Source: Cytophagales bacterium (lineage in GTDB: Bacteria > Bacteroidota > Bacteroidia > Cytophagales > Spirosomataceae). From it: a DNA stretch of 60,253 nt. Both the position numbers and the translations under genes were made by a program. The stretch covers positions 1 through 60,253 of the forward strand of contig JBBSSJ010000001.1 in the NCBI GenBank assembly GCA_038242095.1, given 5' to 3'. Shown piece by piece: positions 19,990 through 30,105 of this stretch; within the stretch, counting starts at the first letter, position 1, and each line of letters opens with the position of its first letter. The notes beneath the pieces are model-generated. The model saw nothing but the letters and a program-made list of their open reading frames with translations, did no database searches and was not told the DNA's origin.

Positions 19990-22230
19990 TTATTTTGCCA
20001 GAGCAGTGGCTTTATCCACCTGCGCGGCAAACTGCATCAGCGTAGCACTCACACGCTGAATGCCTTCCTGCGCTTCGGCCCAGTTTTTTCGCTCAATCGC
20101 CTCCCGAATCATTGGCAGCGTCTTGACGCCGTACCCGGTGTAAAAGCCGGGGGCATAGATCTGGTGCTGAAACCAGCTGCGGCGCGGCAGTCCGTCGGGA
20201 TGGGTGAGGTAGCGCTCCGATTTGTAGAGAATCTCATTCAACTTCTTTAAATCTCCAGCCGAAATTTGACCAAGTTTTGCAATGGCCTGCGTGTAATCAC
20301 CAGCACTTTCTTCAAGCGTAGCCAAGGCGTTGTCCAACGGGGCAAAATTCAGAAAAGGCACCTGCGCCATGGGTTCGGGCTGGGTGAAAGGCTCCTTCGG
20401 ATCGGCGGCCAACTGGAAGCGATTTTCCTGCAATAGTTTATTGTGCTCGTCAGACTGCGTGCGCATCGTTTCAGCGCTCTGCTTGATTTCGGCAACGTAC
20501 TGCTGCACAGTATTGGCAAAATTCCCGAACTCGAAAGGCAGTACCGTGGCGTCGGCCATGCGCAAGACACAGCGGCCCATCGTTTCGGCCAGTGCCACGC
20601 CGTACGAAAAATCTGTGTCTTTAAAGCGCGTGTAGTGGTCGTACGAGTCATAAATCGAGTGGTACTCGCCACCGCCATCTTCTCCACCAAAGCCAATATT
20701 CATCGACGCGATGCCCAGGTGCTGAATAAAGGGCGTGTAGTCGGAACCCGAACCCAGCGCGCTAATCCGCAGATCGCTCCGGTTGCGGGCTTCCTGCTTA
20801 GTTTTCGCGTTGCCTTCCACTAACAATTTAGCGCGCAGTCGCTCCCCTACGCTCACGTTGCGCTGTGGGTCGGTCACATCGCGGGCTACCTGGTTCAGGA
20901 ATTTTTCGAGCGTGTGCGAGCCGCCCGCGTACAAAAATCCCCGGGCGTTGGAATCGGAGTTGAGGTACACCACGGCTTTTTCTTTCAATTCGGGCTGGCG
21001 CTCTTCCACCCATTCGGTCGATCCCAACAGGCCGGGCTCTTCGGCGTCCCACAGGGCGTAAACGATCGTGCGTTTGGGTTTCCAGCCTGATTTCATAAGT
21101 TCACCCATGGCGCGGGCCTCTTCCAGCACCGCCACGGCTCCGCTCAGCGGATCATTGGCGCCGTTGACCCAAGCATCGTGGTGGTTGCCCCGAATCACCC
21201 ATTCGTCAGGGTAGGTGTCGCCTTTGATGGTCGCGATGACGTTGTAGGCGGGCTCTACATTCCAGTAGAACTCCAGCTTCAGATGCACCTTAGCCGGACC
21301 GGGACCAATGTGATAGGTGATGGGCAACGCACCGCGCCAGGCGGCGGGAGCTACCTCGCCGCCCAGTGCTTTCAACAGCGGCAAGGCGTCGCCGTAGGAA
21401 ATGGGCAGCACCGGAATTTTCATGATCGTGGGGGCATCTTTATAGTCGAGGCGCTTGGCATTCTTGGTGGCGCCGTAACCGGGCGTAAGTGGGTCGCCGG
21501 GATAGAGCGGCATGTCGAGCACGGATCCACGCTGCGCCCCGCTTTCATTTTTGTAAGCACCTTTGGGGTACACATCGCCCTGATAAAAGCCGTCTTCTTT
21601 AGGGTCGGAATAGATGATGCAGCCGATGGCCCCATTTTCGGCGGCGACCTTAGGCTTGATGCCGCGCCACGAATTGCCGTATTTGGCCAGCACGATCTTG
21701 CCCTTCACATCGATTCCCATTTTTTTCAGAGCTTCGTAATCTTCGGGAATGCCGTAGTTGACAAACACCAGTTCGGCCGTCACGTCGCCATCGGCCGAGA
21801 AGGCGTGGTAGGTCGGAAGTTGCTCTTTGGTTTGGCCCGAAGTAGCGTCTTCTTTCAGGGCTGGCTCGGTAAGCGAAGCCTTGAACTTAGTGGGAGCCAC
21901 TAACTCCACGATCCGGGTTTTGGGCGTGGGAAAAAGTACGTACGACGTGTCGATGCGGGCCTCAAAGCCGTAGGATTTGAACAGATCGCGAGCGTATTCG
22001 GCATTCTCAAGTCCAAAGGGCGAGCCGACTGGGTGCGGACGAGCGCTCATTTTTTTGAGGTGCGCCCGCAGTTTCTCGGCCTTCAACTTTTGATCGAACT
22101 GTTTTTCGTAAGCTATTTCTTTTTGGGCGGCAGCGGCATCGAAGCCCATTAGAGCTTGGGAAGATGCGTTACTGGAAATAACAAAAGCCACGCCCGCCAG
22201 CGTAAGAATCTTTGGTAAAGAATGCTTCAT
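19990..22230 (-). CDS. M28 peptidase, glutamate carboxypeptidase II / transferrin-receptor-like
   Basis: PA domain, GNHHDAW, GANDPLSG, WDAEEPGLLGS, GSGSDY, YHSIYD, TFR dimerisation tail (HQIYAPG). Confidence 0.93.
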   Translation of the reverse strand: MKHSLPKILTLAGVAFVISSNASSQALMGFDAAAAQKEIAYEKQFDQKLKAEKLRAHLKKMSARPHPVGSPFGLENAEYARDLFKSYGFEARIDTSYVLFPTPKTRIVELVAPTKFKASLTEPALKEDATSGQTKEQLPTYHAFSADGDVTAELVFVNYGIPEDYEALKKMGIDVKGKIVLAKYGNSWRGIKPKVAAENGAIGCIIYSDPKEDGFYQGDVYPKGAYKNESGAQRGSVLDMPLYPGDPLTPGYGATKNAKRLDYKDAPTIMKIPVLPISYGDALPLLKALGGEVAPAAWRGALPITYHIGPGPAKVHLKLEFYWNVEPAYNVIATIKGDTYPDEWVIRGNHHDAWVNGANDPLSGAVAVLEEARAMGELMKSGWKPKRTIVYALWDAEEPGLLGSTEWVEERQPELKEKAVVYLNSDSNARGFLYAGGSHTLEKFLNQVARDVTDPQRNVSVGERLRAKLLVEGNAKTKQEARNRSDLRISALGSGSDYTPFIQHLGIASMNIGFGGEDGGGEYHSIYDSYDHYTRFKDTDFSYGVALAETMGRCVLRMADATVLPFEFGNFANTVQQYVAEIKQSAETMRTQSDEHNKLLQENRFQLAADPKEPFTQPEPMAQVPFLNFAPLDNALATLEESAGDYTQAIAKLGQISAGDLKKLNEILYKSERYLTHPDGLPRRSWFQHQIYAPGFYTGYGVKTLPMIREAIERKNWAEAQEGIQRVSATLMQFAAQVDKATALAK

Positions 22231-22579
22231 GGATTAATTATGGTGTTTTAATTGAACGCTATTTGGAATAAAAAGTAATAAATGGCTAAAATAGCAAAAC
22301 GAAGTGAGATTGTACTTCCGGATTTTTGGTTGTCCCGCTTTCATGTTCGATGTTTCCCATTTAAGCCAGCCGTATTTATTCTAACACTGACAGGGATTGG
22401 GAACGCTTCGGCGTTGGCGGAAGGGGTAAGGCTTGGAGCAATCTTCGCATCTCAGCCCTTCCATTAGAAACCAGGACGTGCCTATCCCCGGATATCACAC
22501 CTATTCCGCGAAAATAAGTGTGATTTGGGGAACCAGACCGGGTTCGGTACATTTGGGGTAGTTCCATCAGAATTCTCTC

Positions 22580-23431
22580 ATGAAAAATACCTTCACTCCC
22601 CGCGAGGGCTGGCGGAAAAGGTTATACATTATCATATTCGAGGCTGATACGCCCGCTGGGAAGCGCTATGACGTAGCGCTTTTGTGGCTTATTGTCCTGA
22701 GTGTCCTGCTGGTGATGCTGGAAAGCGTTAAGGGAATTAACGAACGATATTTTCCCATCCTTAACGCCGCCGAATGGGTCATTACTGTAATCTTTACCTT
22801 TGAGTATATCGCCAGAATTGTTTGCGTCAAAGATCCGTGGCGGTATATGTTTAGCTTCTACGGGCTGATCGATTTGCTCTCCACGATACCCAAGTACCTT
22901 TCGCTGTTGTATCTGGGTACTCAGGTCCTGGCCACATTCCGGGCCTTGCGGCTACTGCGGCTTTTCCGTATTCTTAACCCGCACCAATACATTGGCGAGT
23001 CGCAAAACCTTACTTCGGCCCTGCGGGCCAGCCGGACCCGGATTTCGGTTTTTCTTTTTGGCATCCTGATAATCTGCATCGTATTAGGTACGGTGATGTA
23101 CCTGGTAGAGGGCGGGGAGAGCGGTTTTACCAGCATCCCGAAAAGCATCTATTGGGCGATTGTCACGCTCACGACGGTGGGCTACGGTGATATTGCCCCC
23201 GTGACTATCCTGGGCCAAATCATTGCCAGCTTTATTATGATTTTGGGTTACGCCATCATTGCCATTCCGACCGGAATTGTTTCCAACGAGCTCAGCAGAA
23301 GCTACGGCCTCAACCGAAAGAGAGACTATGGAATCAGCTGCCCCAATTGCCTGACAAGGGGTCACCCAGAGCGGGCCGACTACTGCTTCCATTGTGGTGA
23401 ACGATTGAATCAACCGCCCAAGGACCTCTGA
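22580..23431 (+). CDS. Voltage-gated potassium channel family ion transporter
   Basis: S4 RALRLLRLFRIL, filter TTVGYGD, C-terminal CxxC…CxxC zinc ribbon. Confidence 0.93.
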   Translation: MKNTFTPREGWRKRLYIIIFEADTPAGKRYDVALLWLIVLSVLLVMLESVKGINERYFPILNAAEWVITVIFTFEYIARIVCVKDPWRYMFSFYGLIDLLSTIPKYLSLLYLGTQVLATFRALRLLRLFRILNPHQYIGESQNLTSALRASRTRISVFLFGILIICIVLGTVMYLVEGGESGFTSIPKSIYWAIVTLTTVGYGDIAPVTILGQIIASFIMILGYAIIAIPTGIVSNELSRSYGLNRKRDYGISCPNCLTRGHPERADYCFHCGERLNQPPKDL

Positions 23432-23440
23432 CCAATCAAC

Positions 23441-24442
23441 ATGCAAGCTGCTGAACTGAAGCCCGTTTTTGAGAAAATCAGAAAACTCCGCGTCGGGGTG
23501 ATTGGTGATTTTGCGGTCGATTTCTATTTTGATGTGCAAAAACGCACGGGTGAACACTCGCTGGAAACCAGTCTGGAAGTATGGTGGGGAACGCAGTCGC
23601 GTACATCACTCGGCGGGGCAGGGAACGTAGTGCAGAATCTGGCGGCCTTAGGGGTGGGAGAAATTGAGGTCTTCGGAGCCATTGGAAACGATATTTTTGG
23701 GCGGGAGTTGCTTTTTTTACTACAGGAAAAGAAGGTCGATACGAGTGGGATCATCCGCCTGGAGGAGGGTTGGGAAACTTGCACCTATACCAAGCCAATG
23801 CAAGAAGGGCAAGAGCAGAATCGCCTTGATTTTGGTGTTCAGAATAGGCTCCAGACTGACGATTTTGTGAAGATTATAGACAAGCTCAAAGCAAGGATGT
23901 CCGACCTGGACGTGCTCATAATCAATCAGCAGTTTGACAATCCGCTCCTGACCGAAGCGCGTGTTTTGAGCCTTAATGAACTCATAGGCCAATACCCGGA
24001 GGTGTACGTTTTGGCTGATATGCGGACTTACGGGTTAGGGTTGCGCGGTGTCACACTCAAAGTGAATACCGCCGAGCTGGCGCGATTACTGGGGATGAGA
24101 GGGCCCGAAAACTGGACGGACGACGATTGTATATTGCACGGGAAAAAGCTTACTAAGATAATGGAGGGGCCCATCCTCATTACGCGGGCGGAGCACGGTA
24201 TGCTTCATGTCGAGGGTGAGACAACACATCACTACTCCGCCTTTTCGCTACCCGGTCCGATCGATCCGGTTGGGGCGGGCGATACGGCCGTGGCGGCTTT
24301 CTCCGCTTGTACAGGAGCAAAAGTCGCGATCCCGGTTGCCCTTGAACTAGCCAATCTGGCCGCCGCTGTCACCGTGCAGAAACTTCACCAAACTGGTACC
24401 GCCAGCCCGGAGGAGATCGCGCATTTGCTTGCAAATGCTTGA
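23441..24442 (+). CDS. PfkB-family kinase, HldE/RfaE (heptose-7-phosphate kinase)-like
   Basis: VIGDFAVD, LGGAGNV, IGND, DPVGAGD, ANLAAAVTVQK. Confidence 0.85.
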   Translation: MQAAELKPVFEKIRKLRVGVIGDFAVDFYFDVQKRTGEHSLETSLEVWWGTQSRTSLGGAGNVVQNLAALGVGEIEVFGAIGNDIFGRELLFLLQEKKVDTSGIIRLEEGWETCTYTKPMQEGQEQNRLDFGVQNRLQTDDFVKIIDKLKARMSDLDVLIINQQFDNPLLTEARVLSLNELIGQYPEVYVLADMRTYGLGLRGVTLKVNTAELARLLGMRGPENWTDDDCILHGKKLTKIMEGPILITRAEHGMLHVEGETTHHYSAFSLPGPIDPVGAGDTAVAAFSACTGAKVAIPVALELANLAAAVTVQKLHQTGTASPEEIAHLLANA

Positions 24443-24469
24443 TCTTCGTGGTATGTTTTTCCTAAATTC

Positions 24470-25531
24470 CTAGATCGGCTCCTGTTGGCTCAGGCAATGA
24501 AAACTACCTTGTCCCCAAATGATTTCGGTGGCAGAAAGCGGAATTAGTGGCCGGTCAGGAAAGACTTTTTCCAGAATATCCAGCGCGATTTGGTCATTGG
24601 GGTTTTCAAAAACAGGCACGATCACGCCCGCATTGCAAATCAGGAAGTTGGCGTAAGAACCCGGCGTACGAAAGTCGTCGAACATAACCGCCTTCGGCAT
24701 CGGAAGCTCGATCACATTCAGCGGCTTGTCATTCAGGAGTCGCATCTTTTTGAGCAATTTCAGGTTTGTTTGCAGCACGGCGTAGTTGTCGTCGTTCTTA
24801 TCGGATTCGACGCAGGTTACCACCGGATCTTCATTGACGAAGCGCGTGGTGTCGTCAATATGGCCGTCAGTGTCATCGCCCACGATGCCGTCCTCGACCC
24901 ACAGGATTTGCTCTACGCCGTAATAATTGTAGAGGTACTCTTCAATTTGTCCCTGATTCAAATCGGGATTTCGGTTTGGGTTGAGCAGGCAAGAGCGGCT
25001 CGTCAGCAAACTCCCCGCGCCATTGAATTCCACCGAACCGCCTTCCATCACGATGCCAGGCTGCACCGTCAGCAAGCCCAGGTGCTCGGCCACGGCCAGC
25101 GGCGTGCGGTCATCATCGTCGTAGGGCGGGTACTTGCCGCCCCAGGCGTTGTGGCCCCAGTCGACTACCATCCGCTGTCCGGTTTCGGGATTGCGCAGAA
25201 AGGCCGGACCGTGGTCGCGGCACCAGGCGTCGTTAGTAGGCTTTACTACGAATTCTATTTGTCCCGAATCTACACCAATAGCCTCCAATTCCTGAACGAT
25301 AAAAGCTTTAAGCGTCTCATCATTGGCAATAATTCCCACCTTCTCGCCCTGACTAATCGCTTTGATAAAAGCTAGGTACTGCGGCCGCATTTTGGCCAGC
25401 CGCTCACCCTGCCACGACGCTTCGTTGTGCGGAAACGTGAGCCATGTCGCGCGGTGCGGTTGCCATTCGGCGGGGAATTGAAAGCCAAGCTGTTTAGGCG
25501 TCAGGGTAGGGGCGGTGGTGTGATTTTTCAA
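24470..25531 (-). CDS. aguA: Agmatine deiminase (peptidylarginine deiminase family)
   Basis: PAEW, WCRDHGP, EGGS, DDTDGHID, SYANF, GSFHCLSQQ. Confidence 0.92.
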   Translation of the reverse strand: MKNHTTAPTLTPKQLGFQFPAEWQPHRATWLTFPHNEASWQGERLAKMRPQYLAFIKAISQGEKVGIIANDETLKAFIVQELEAIGVDSGQIEFVVKPTNDAWCRDHGPAFLRNPETGQRMVVDWGHNAWGGKYPPYDDDDRTPLAVAEHLGLLTVQPGIVMEGGSVEFNGAGSLLTSRSCLLNPNRNPDLNQGQIEEYLYNYYGVEQILWVEDGIVGDDTDGHIDDTTRFVNEDPVVTCVESDKNDDNYAVLQTNLKLLKKMRLLNDKPLNVIELPMPKAVMFDDFRTPGSYANFLICNAGVIVPVFENPNDQIALDILEKVFPDRPLIPLSATEIIWGQGSFHCLSQQEPI

Positions 25532-25624
25532 GCGTTGTGATTCGTTTTGTAAACAGAGAGCAAAACTACCTCGATTAATTTTTTATTTTTGATCTTCCTC
25601 CCAAAAATTAAAATTTACCAACCG

Positions 25625-26074
25625 ATGAAAGCTAACAGAGTACCGCGCAGGATAAATATCCACCTGTGGATAAAGGCAGGTATTTTTTTTGCGCTGGGAT
25701 TTATAATCATCGGATTTACCTACAGTTTGTACCATAATGGAGAGGAGATGGCGTACGTGCAGCAGCATAGCCCCTTGATCAAGGTACCCATCGTGGACCG
25801 TAGAAAAGGTGCCGGCACCGTGAAGGTTCCCAATAAAATCCTTGTCTCCTACCTGGGAAAAACGTATTGTCTGAGCAGTTCGAACCGGCACTTTCGTCAA
25901 ATTGCCCGGCAAGATAGTATCGATATCAACTATGATGCGGAGCGGGACATCGCCGTATTGAGCGTGGGACAAGTAGGGGTGCCTTACCCGGTAATGGCCA
26001 TGTTTTTATTTGCAGGTTTATTGATCATCGGAAACGTGATTTACAAACTTTGGGAAGGGGGAGAAGGGTGGTGA
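25625..26074 (+). CDS. Hypothetical membrane protein with two TM segments
   Basis: Hydrophobic segments at both termini flanking a small soluble domain. Confidence 0.55.
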   Translation: MKANRVPRRINIHLWIKAGIFFALGFIIIGFTYSLYHNGEEMAYVQQHSPLIKVPIVDRRKGAGTVKVPNKILVSYLGKTYCLSSSNRHFRQIARQDSIDINYDAERDIAVLSVGQVGVPYPVMAMFLFAGLLIIGNVIYKLWEGGEGW

Positions 26075-26100
26075 TTTTTCGAAAAGACGCTTTAAAAGAT

Positions 26101-26769
26101 TCAGGGCGCTACCGAAAACTTGTACGACCTGTGTTGTGCATTGTTCTTAAAAACTTCTGTCACGTTCAACAAGCGAAAACCTGTTTCATCAAGAAGCTGG
26201 ACCAACGCCTGCTCGGTGAAAAGTGGCTTTTTACAACCCCGGTGTTTTTCCCCGGGTTTCCTGGCAATCAGGTCCTGAATGTATAAAAAACCGTCCTTTT
26301 TCAGGTTTGTATGAATACTTTGGAGCAAAGATTTTGGGTACGTTAATTCGTGGAGCGTGTTTTCGATAATAGCCTTGTCAAAAAAGGCAATTGGCAGCTT
26401 GGTTCCCTTTTCTGTTCCGATAGTTGTTATAAAAGTAGCCGTGGGCGTTCGGTGGGCTGCGCTATAAAGCAGGGTTATCGTGGATTTTATTCTTCTAGAA
26501 GTCAAACAAGTTGAATCTATATCTTGCAAATAAAATACAAGACTGTCCGCCATCATGGAATAAACTACTTCTTTACTCCCGCTTCCCGCCCCTATACTCG
26601 CCACTGCATCACCAGCACGAAAATCGTAGAGGGATCGATACAATTTTAACGTTTCTTCCTGATTATTTTCTTGTAACAGGTATTCGTAAACACATGGGTT
26701 GTCTTTACGTTGCGCTGTAGAGGACAGCGCAGAGAGGATGAGTAGCATAAAGAGCCATTCTTTTTTCAT
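26101..26769 (-). CDS. Class I SAM-dependent methyltransferase with signal peptide
   Basis: VASIGAGSG motif I, YLQDID, LHEL, LKKDG. Probable start MKKEWLFMLL (ORF track extends to 26832). Confidence 0.75.
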   Translation of the reverse strand: MKKEWLFMLLILSALSSTAQRKDNPCVYEYLLQENNQEETLKLYRSLYDFRAGDAVASIGAGSGSKEVVYSMMADSLVFYLQDIDSTCLTSRRIKSTITLLYSAAHRTPTATFITTIGTEKGTKLPIAFFDKAIIENTLHELTYPKSLLQSIHTNLKKDGFLYIQDLIARKPGEKHRGCKKPLFTEQALVQLLDETGFRLLNVTEVFKNNAQHRSYKFSVAP

Positions 26770-26828
26770 GTATCGGTGAGGTATGATAGTATCATTTGAT
26801 ACTATCATGGGAGCGCATTTTAATTTTA

Positions 26829-27731
26829 TCAATCAATATATCGCCGCGTAATCGGCTGGTAGGAATCCACGCGTCGATCCCGGAAATAAGGCCAGGTCGT
26901 GCGGTAGTGGTCGATCACGGCTAGGTCGATTTCTTGCGTATGAACAACTTCTCCCTCGTGCGGAGCCAGGTATAGCAGTCGCCCGTGCGGATTGGCGACG
27001 AACGATCCGCCCCAACACGACTGGTCACCCTCCGTGCCTACCCGATTGACGGCCACCACGAATACCCCGTTGGCGACGGCGTGGCTGCGCTGGATCGTTT
27101 GCCAGGCGCCGTATTGCTCCTCGTTGGTGACGAGGTCGGTTTCGCGCTTGTCCCAGCCGATGGCGGTGGGGTAAAATAATATTTCGGCGCCCATCAGACT
27201 CGTGATGCGGGCGGCTTCGGGGTACCACTGATCCCAGCAAATGAGCACGCCAATTTTGGCAAATTTGGTATCGAAAACCCGGTAGCCGGTCTCATCCGAA
27301 CCGGCGGTGCCGTCGGTGGGGGCATCGCCGGGCGTAAAGTAAAATTTCTCGTAATACCCCGGATCATCGGGGATGTGCATCTTGCGGTACTTACCCAGGT
27401 ACCTTCCGTCGGCATCGAGCACGGCGGTCGTATTGTGGTACAGCCCCTGCGCCCGCCGCTCGAACAGCGAAGCAATAATCACAACGCCCAACTCGGCGGC
27501 CAATGCGCCCATGGCCTCGGTCGAGGGACCGGGAATGGCTTCGGCCAGGTCGAAATTAGCGTGGTCCTCGACGTCACAGAAGTAGAGCGATTTGAATAAT
27601 TCCTGTAAGCAGATAATCTGAGCGCCTTGAAAGGCGGCCTCCCGGATCTTACCGGTGGCTTTCTGAAAATTAGTGCTTAAATCGGCCGTACAGCTCATCT
27701 GGATGAGGCCGATATTTATTTTTCTGGTCAT
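26829..27731 (-). CDS. aguB: Carbon-nitrogen hydrolase, N-carbamoylputrescine amidase
   Basis: LQELF, YRKMHIPDDPGYYEKFYF, ICWDQWYPE, YPTAIGW. Confidence 0.9.
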   Translation of the reverse strand: MTRKINIGLIQMSCTADLSTNFQKATGKIREAAFQGAQIICLQELFKSLYFCDVEDHANFDLAEAIPGPSTEAMGALAAELGVVIIASLFERRAQGLYHNTTAVLDADGRYLGKYRKMHIPDDPGYYEKFYFTPGDAPTDGTAGSDETGYRVFDTKFAKIGVLICWDQWYPEAARITSLMGAEILFYPTAIGWDKRETDLVTNEEQYGAWQTIQRSHAVANGVFVVAVNRVGTEGDQSCWGGSFVANPHGRLLYLAPHEGEVVHTQEIDLAVIDHYRTTWPYFRDRRVDSYQPITRRYID

Positions 27732-27735
27732 GATG

Positions 27736-28716
27736 TCAGTTTAATTCTTTGATCTCAAAATCGAACAATAACTCGTTCATGCATTTGAAGTGGCCTTTGG
27801 GGCACCTTGCGTAGCCAATCTTGGAACACGGACGGCAGGAAAGCGCGTTGTTTTCCAAAATGACGTGCGGCGTTTGGTAGGGATACATCCCGAACAGCGG
27901 CGTCGTATTTCCCCAGATTGAATACACCTTTTTCTTGAATGCTGCCGCAACGTGCATCAAACCCGTATCGTGCGTAAAAATGCAAAGCGATTGCCGCACG
28001 AGAGAAGCCGATTGGTTGAGGCTGCACTTACCGCAGGCGTTGAAAATCAATCGGTCGCCCAGTGCCGCCCGGATTTCTTCTCCCGTTGCAAAATCTTCCT
28101 GTCCACCCAATAAAATCGTCGGGAAGTTTATTTTTTGGCAAAGCTCGATCATGCGTTTTACAGGAAGCCTCTTGGTAGCGTGCTGTCCGCCAATAGCGTA
28201 GGACACAAATCCGCTGCGGTGGGAGGGAGGCAACCAGTCGGCTTCGATTTCGTCGCGGTAAGGAATAAAATAATCGAGCCCCCGGTTGTCGTTGACAACA
28301 CCCAACGGTGCGACCGTCGCCAAGTAGCGCTCCACGATGTGGACGGGTGGCATGACGTTAAATTTAAATTGCGTGAGCAGCCATTTCTGCACGTTCAGCT
28401 TATTGAAACTGTACGATTTCACCCCAAGCCCAAGCTTGATGCGTTGGGTACGGATGTTGTGGTGCAGGTCGATGATGTAAGCGAAATTCTCGTGCCGGAG
28501 TTCGGGAATTAGTTCATTCAAATTGCCGTCAAGGTACCAACGTTTATCTACGTACGGATTTTCTTCCAGGAGTGTTTTGAACTGGACTTTGGTAAAATAA
28601 TGAACTTGGGCGTAGGGGAATTGCTGTTTGAGACAGCGAATCACGGGCGTGGTAAGAACGATGTCGCCAATCGATGAAAAACGCAATATCAGAAATTTGA
28701 CGGGCTTGTGGGACAC
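27736..28716 (-). CDS. Glycosyltransferase family 9 (LPS heptosyltransferase-like)
   Basis: RFSSIGDIVLTTP, IIDLH, THDTGLMHVAAA, CRPC…C…HFKCM. Confidence 0.92.
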   Translation of the reverse strand: MSHKPVKFLILRFSSIGDIVLTTPVIRCLKQQFPYAQVHYFTKVQFKTLLEENPYVDKRWYLDGNLNELIPELRHENFAYIIDLHHNIRTQRIKLGLGVKSYSFNKLNVQKWLLTQFKFNVMPPVHIVERYLATVAPLGVVNDNRGLDYFIPYRDEIEADWLPPSHRSGFVSYAIGGQHATKRLPVKRMIELCQKINFPTILLGGQEDFATGEEIRAALGDRLIFNACGKCSLNQSASLVRQSLCIFTHDTGLMHVAAAFKKKVYSIWGNTTPLFGMYPYQTPHVILENNALSCRPCSKIGYARCPKGHFKCMNELLFDFEIKELN

Positions 28717-28879
28717 GGCTTTACGCTAGGTTTCCGAAATATTGCGGTTTAGGCGAAATTACAAAAATATAGAAAATCCGGGAGCGTTGGCGGATTGTTG
28801 GAGATGTTTGCAAAGATTGCTACCTTCACTTTTCATTCGAACGTACTTCGATCAATAAAAAATTAAACCCACTCGAACG

Positions 28880-29224
28880 ATGTTTGAAGGACTATTGGAT
28901 ATCAAGAACGACCGTCGCCTGAGCGTCTATCTCTACCGCATGGGCTTCGGCTTTTGGCTGCTGTACCTGGCTTTGGGTGCCCCGGCCTTACATACTTACC
29001 ATCACTATCGCCCCGATGCAGGTGTACTTTGTATCGTATTGATGGTCGTAGGATTCTCGGCTTCGATGGTCTACGAATATTTTCACAATCGGCCGCTCTA
29101 CGAACAGAAGAAAATATGGTTGGCCATCAGTTATTTAGTACTGGCTGCGGCCATTTATATGATCGAGTTCAAAGGCTATAGTAGCCAACTGCACTGGACT
29201 AATTTGCTTCGCTGGCTGCCTTAG
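28880..29224 (+). CDS. Hypothetical membrane protein
   Basis: 114 aa, three hydrophobic segments. Confidence 0.7.
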   Translation: MFEGLLDIKNDRRLSVYLYRMGFGFWLLYLALGAPALHTYHHYRPDAGVLCIVLMVVGFSASMVYEYFHNRPLYEQKKIWLAISYLVLAAAIYMIEFKGYSSQLHWTNLLRWLP

Positions 29225-29249
29225 AAAAGTAGACTTGATCGGCAAGCTT

Positions 29250-30008
29250 TCACGACATCAAATCTGCCCTGGTCACCTGCCGCGCGCAGCCCGCCGCTGA
29301 ATCGGGTAAAGCCGCCGCCGGGCCGATGACAATGATGGCTGGGGAACCGATGCCACTGATTTGGGCCAAAGGTAAAATATTGCTAATCTTCCCCGTTACG
29401 ATTTTCTCGTCTGGTAACGAGCCGTTTTGAATAATGGCGATTGACTCATTGAGCTTACCCAGTTCCGAGTAGGTTTCTACAATCTCGGGTAGTTTATTAA
29501 CGCCCATCAGCACTACTACCGTAGCCGTCGATTGCGCCGCCAAAGCCAAGTCACCCGATATTTTGTGCGTTTTGGTAGTGCCCGTCACCACCCAAAAGCT
29601 CTCGCTCACGCCGCGCGACGTCAGCGGAATGCCCACCAAAGCAGGTACGGCGTAGCTGCTGGAAATTCCCGGAATCACCTCCGACTCGATGCCGTGTTTG
29701 GCAGCGTACTCCACTTCCTCGAAGCCTCGGCCAAACACGTAAGGATCGCCGCCTTTGAGCCGCACTACCTCGCCGTACTGGTAGGCGTTTTCCACGATGA
29801 GGTAGTTAATAACGTCCTGGCTGCAACTGTGCTTGCCGAAGCGCGTGCCCACGTGGACTTTCACGCAGGATTCAGGGCAATGATCCAGCAAATCGGGGTG
29901 CGTGAGGGCATCGTACAGTACGACTTTCGCCTTTTGCAAAGCCTTTACGCCTTTCAAGGTTATCAGATCAGGGTCGCCGGGTCCGGCACCGATTAAGGTT
30001 AGTTTCAT
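29250..30008 (-). CDS. cobA: Uroporphyrinogen-III C-methyltransferase
   Basis: GAGPGDPDLITLKG, RLKGGDP, VIPGISS. Confidence 0.95.
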   Translation of the reverse strand: MKLTLIGAGPGDPDLITLKGVKALQKAKVVLYDALTHPDLLDHCPESCVKVHVGTRFGKHSCSQDVINYLIVENAYQYGEVVRLKGGDPYVFGRGFEEVEYAAKHGIESEVIPGISSSYAVPALVGIPLTSRGVSESFWVVTGTTKTHKISGDLALAAQSTATVVVLMGVNKLPEIVETYSELGKLNESIAIIQNGSLPDEKIVTGKISNILPLAQISGIGSPAIIVIGPAAALPDSAAGCARQVTRADLMS

Positions 30009-30070
30009 TATTTTTCAATTTTTGGATACAGTGTTTTACAAGGTTTGCTTAGAGTGTTTCCGAGTCGAAA

Positions 30071-30104
30071 GCACTGTCCATGGTCAACTGTCAATAGTCC
30101 ACTA
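30071..30104. repeat. Degenerate 7-mer tandem repeat (TCMAYWR-like) directly after a stop codon
   Basis: CACTG TCCATGG TCAACTG TCAATAG TCCACTA. Confidence 0.7.
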
Positions 30105-30105
30105 A

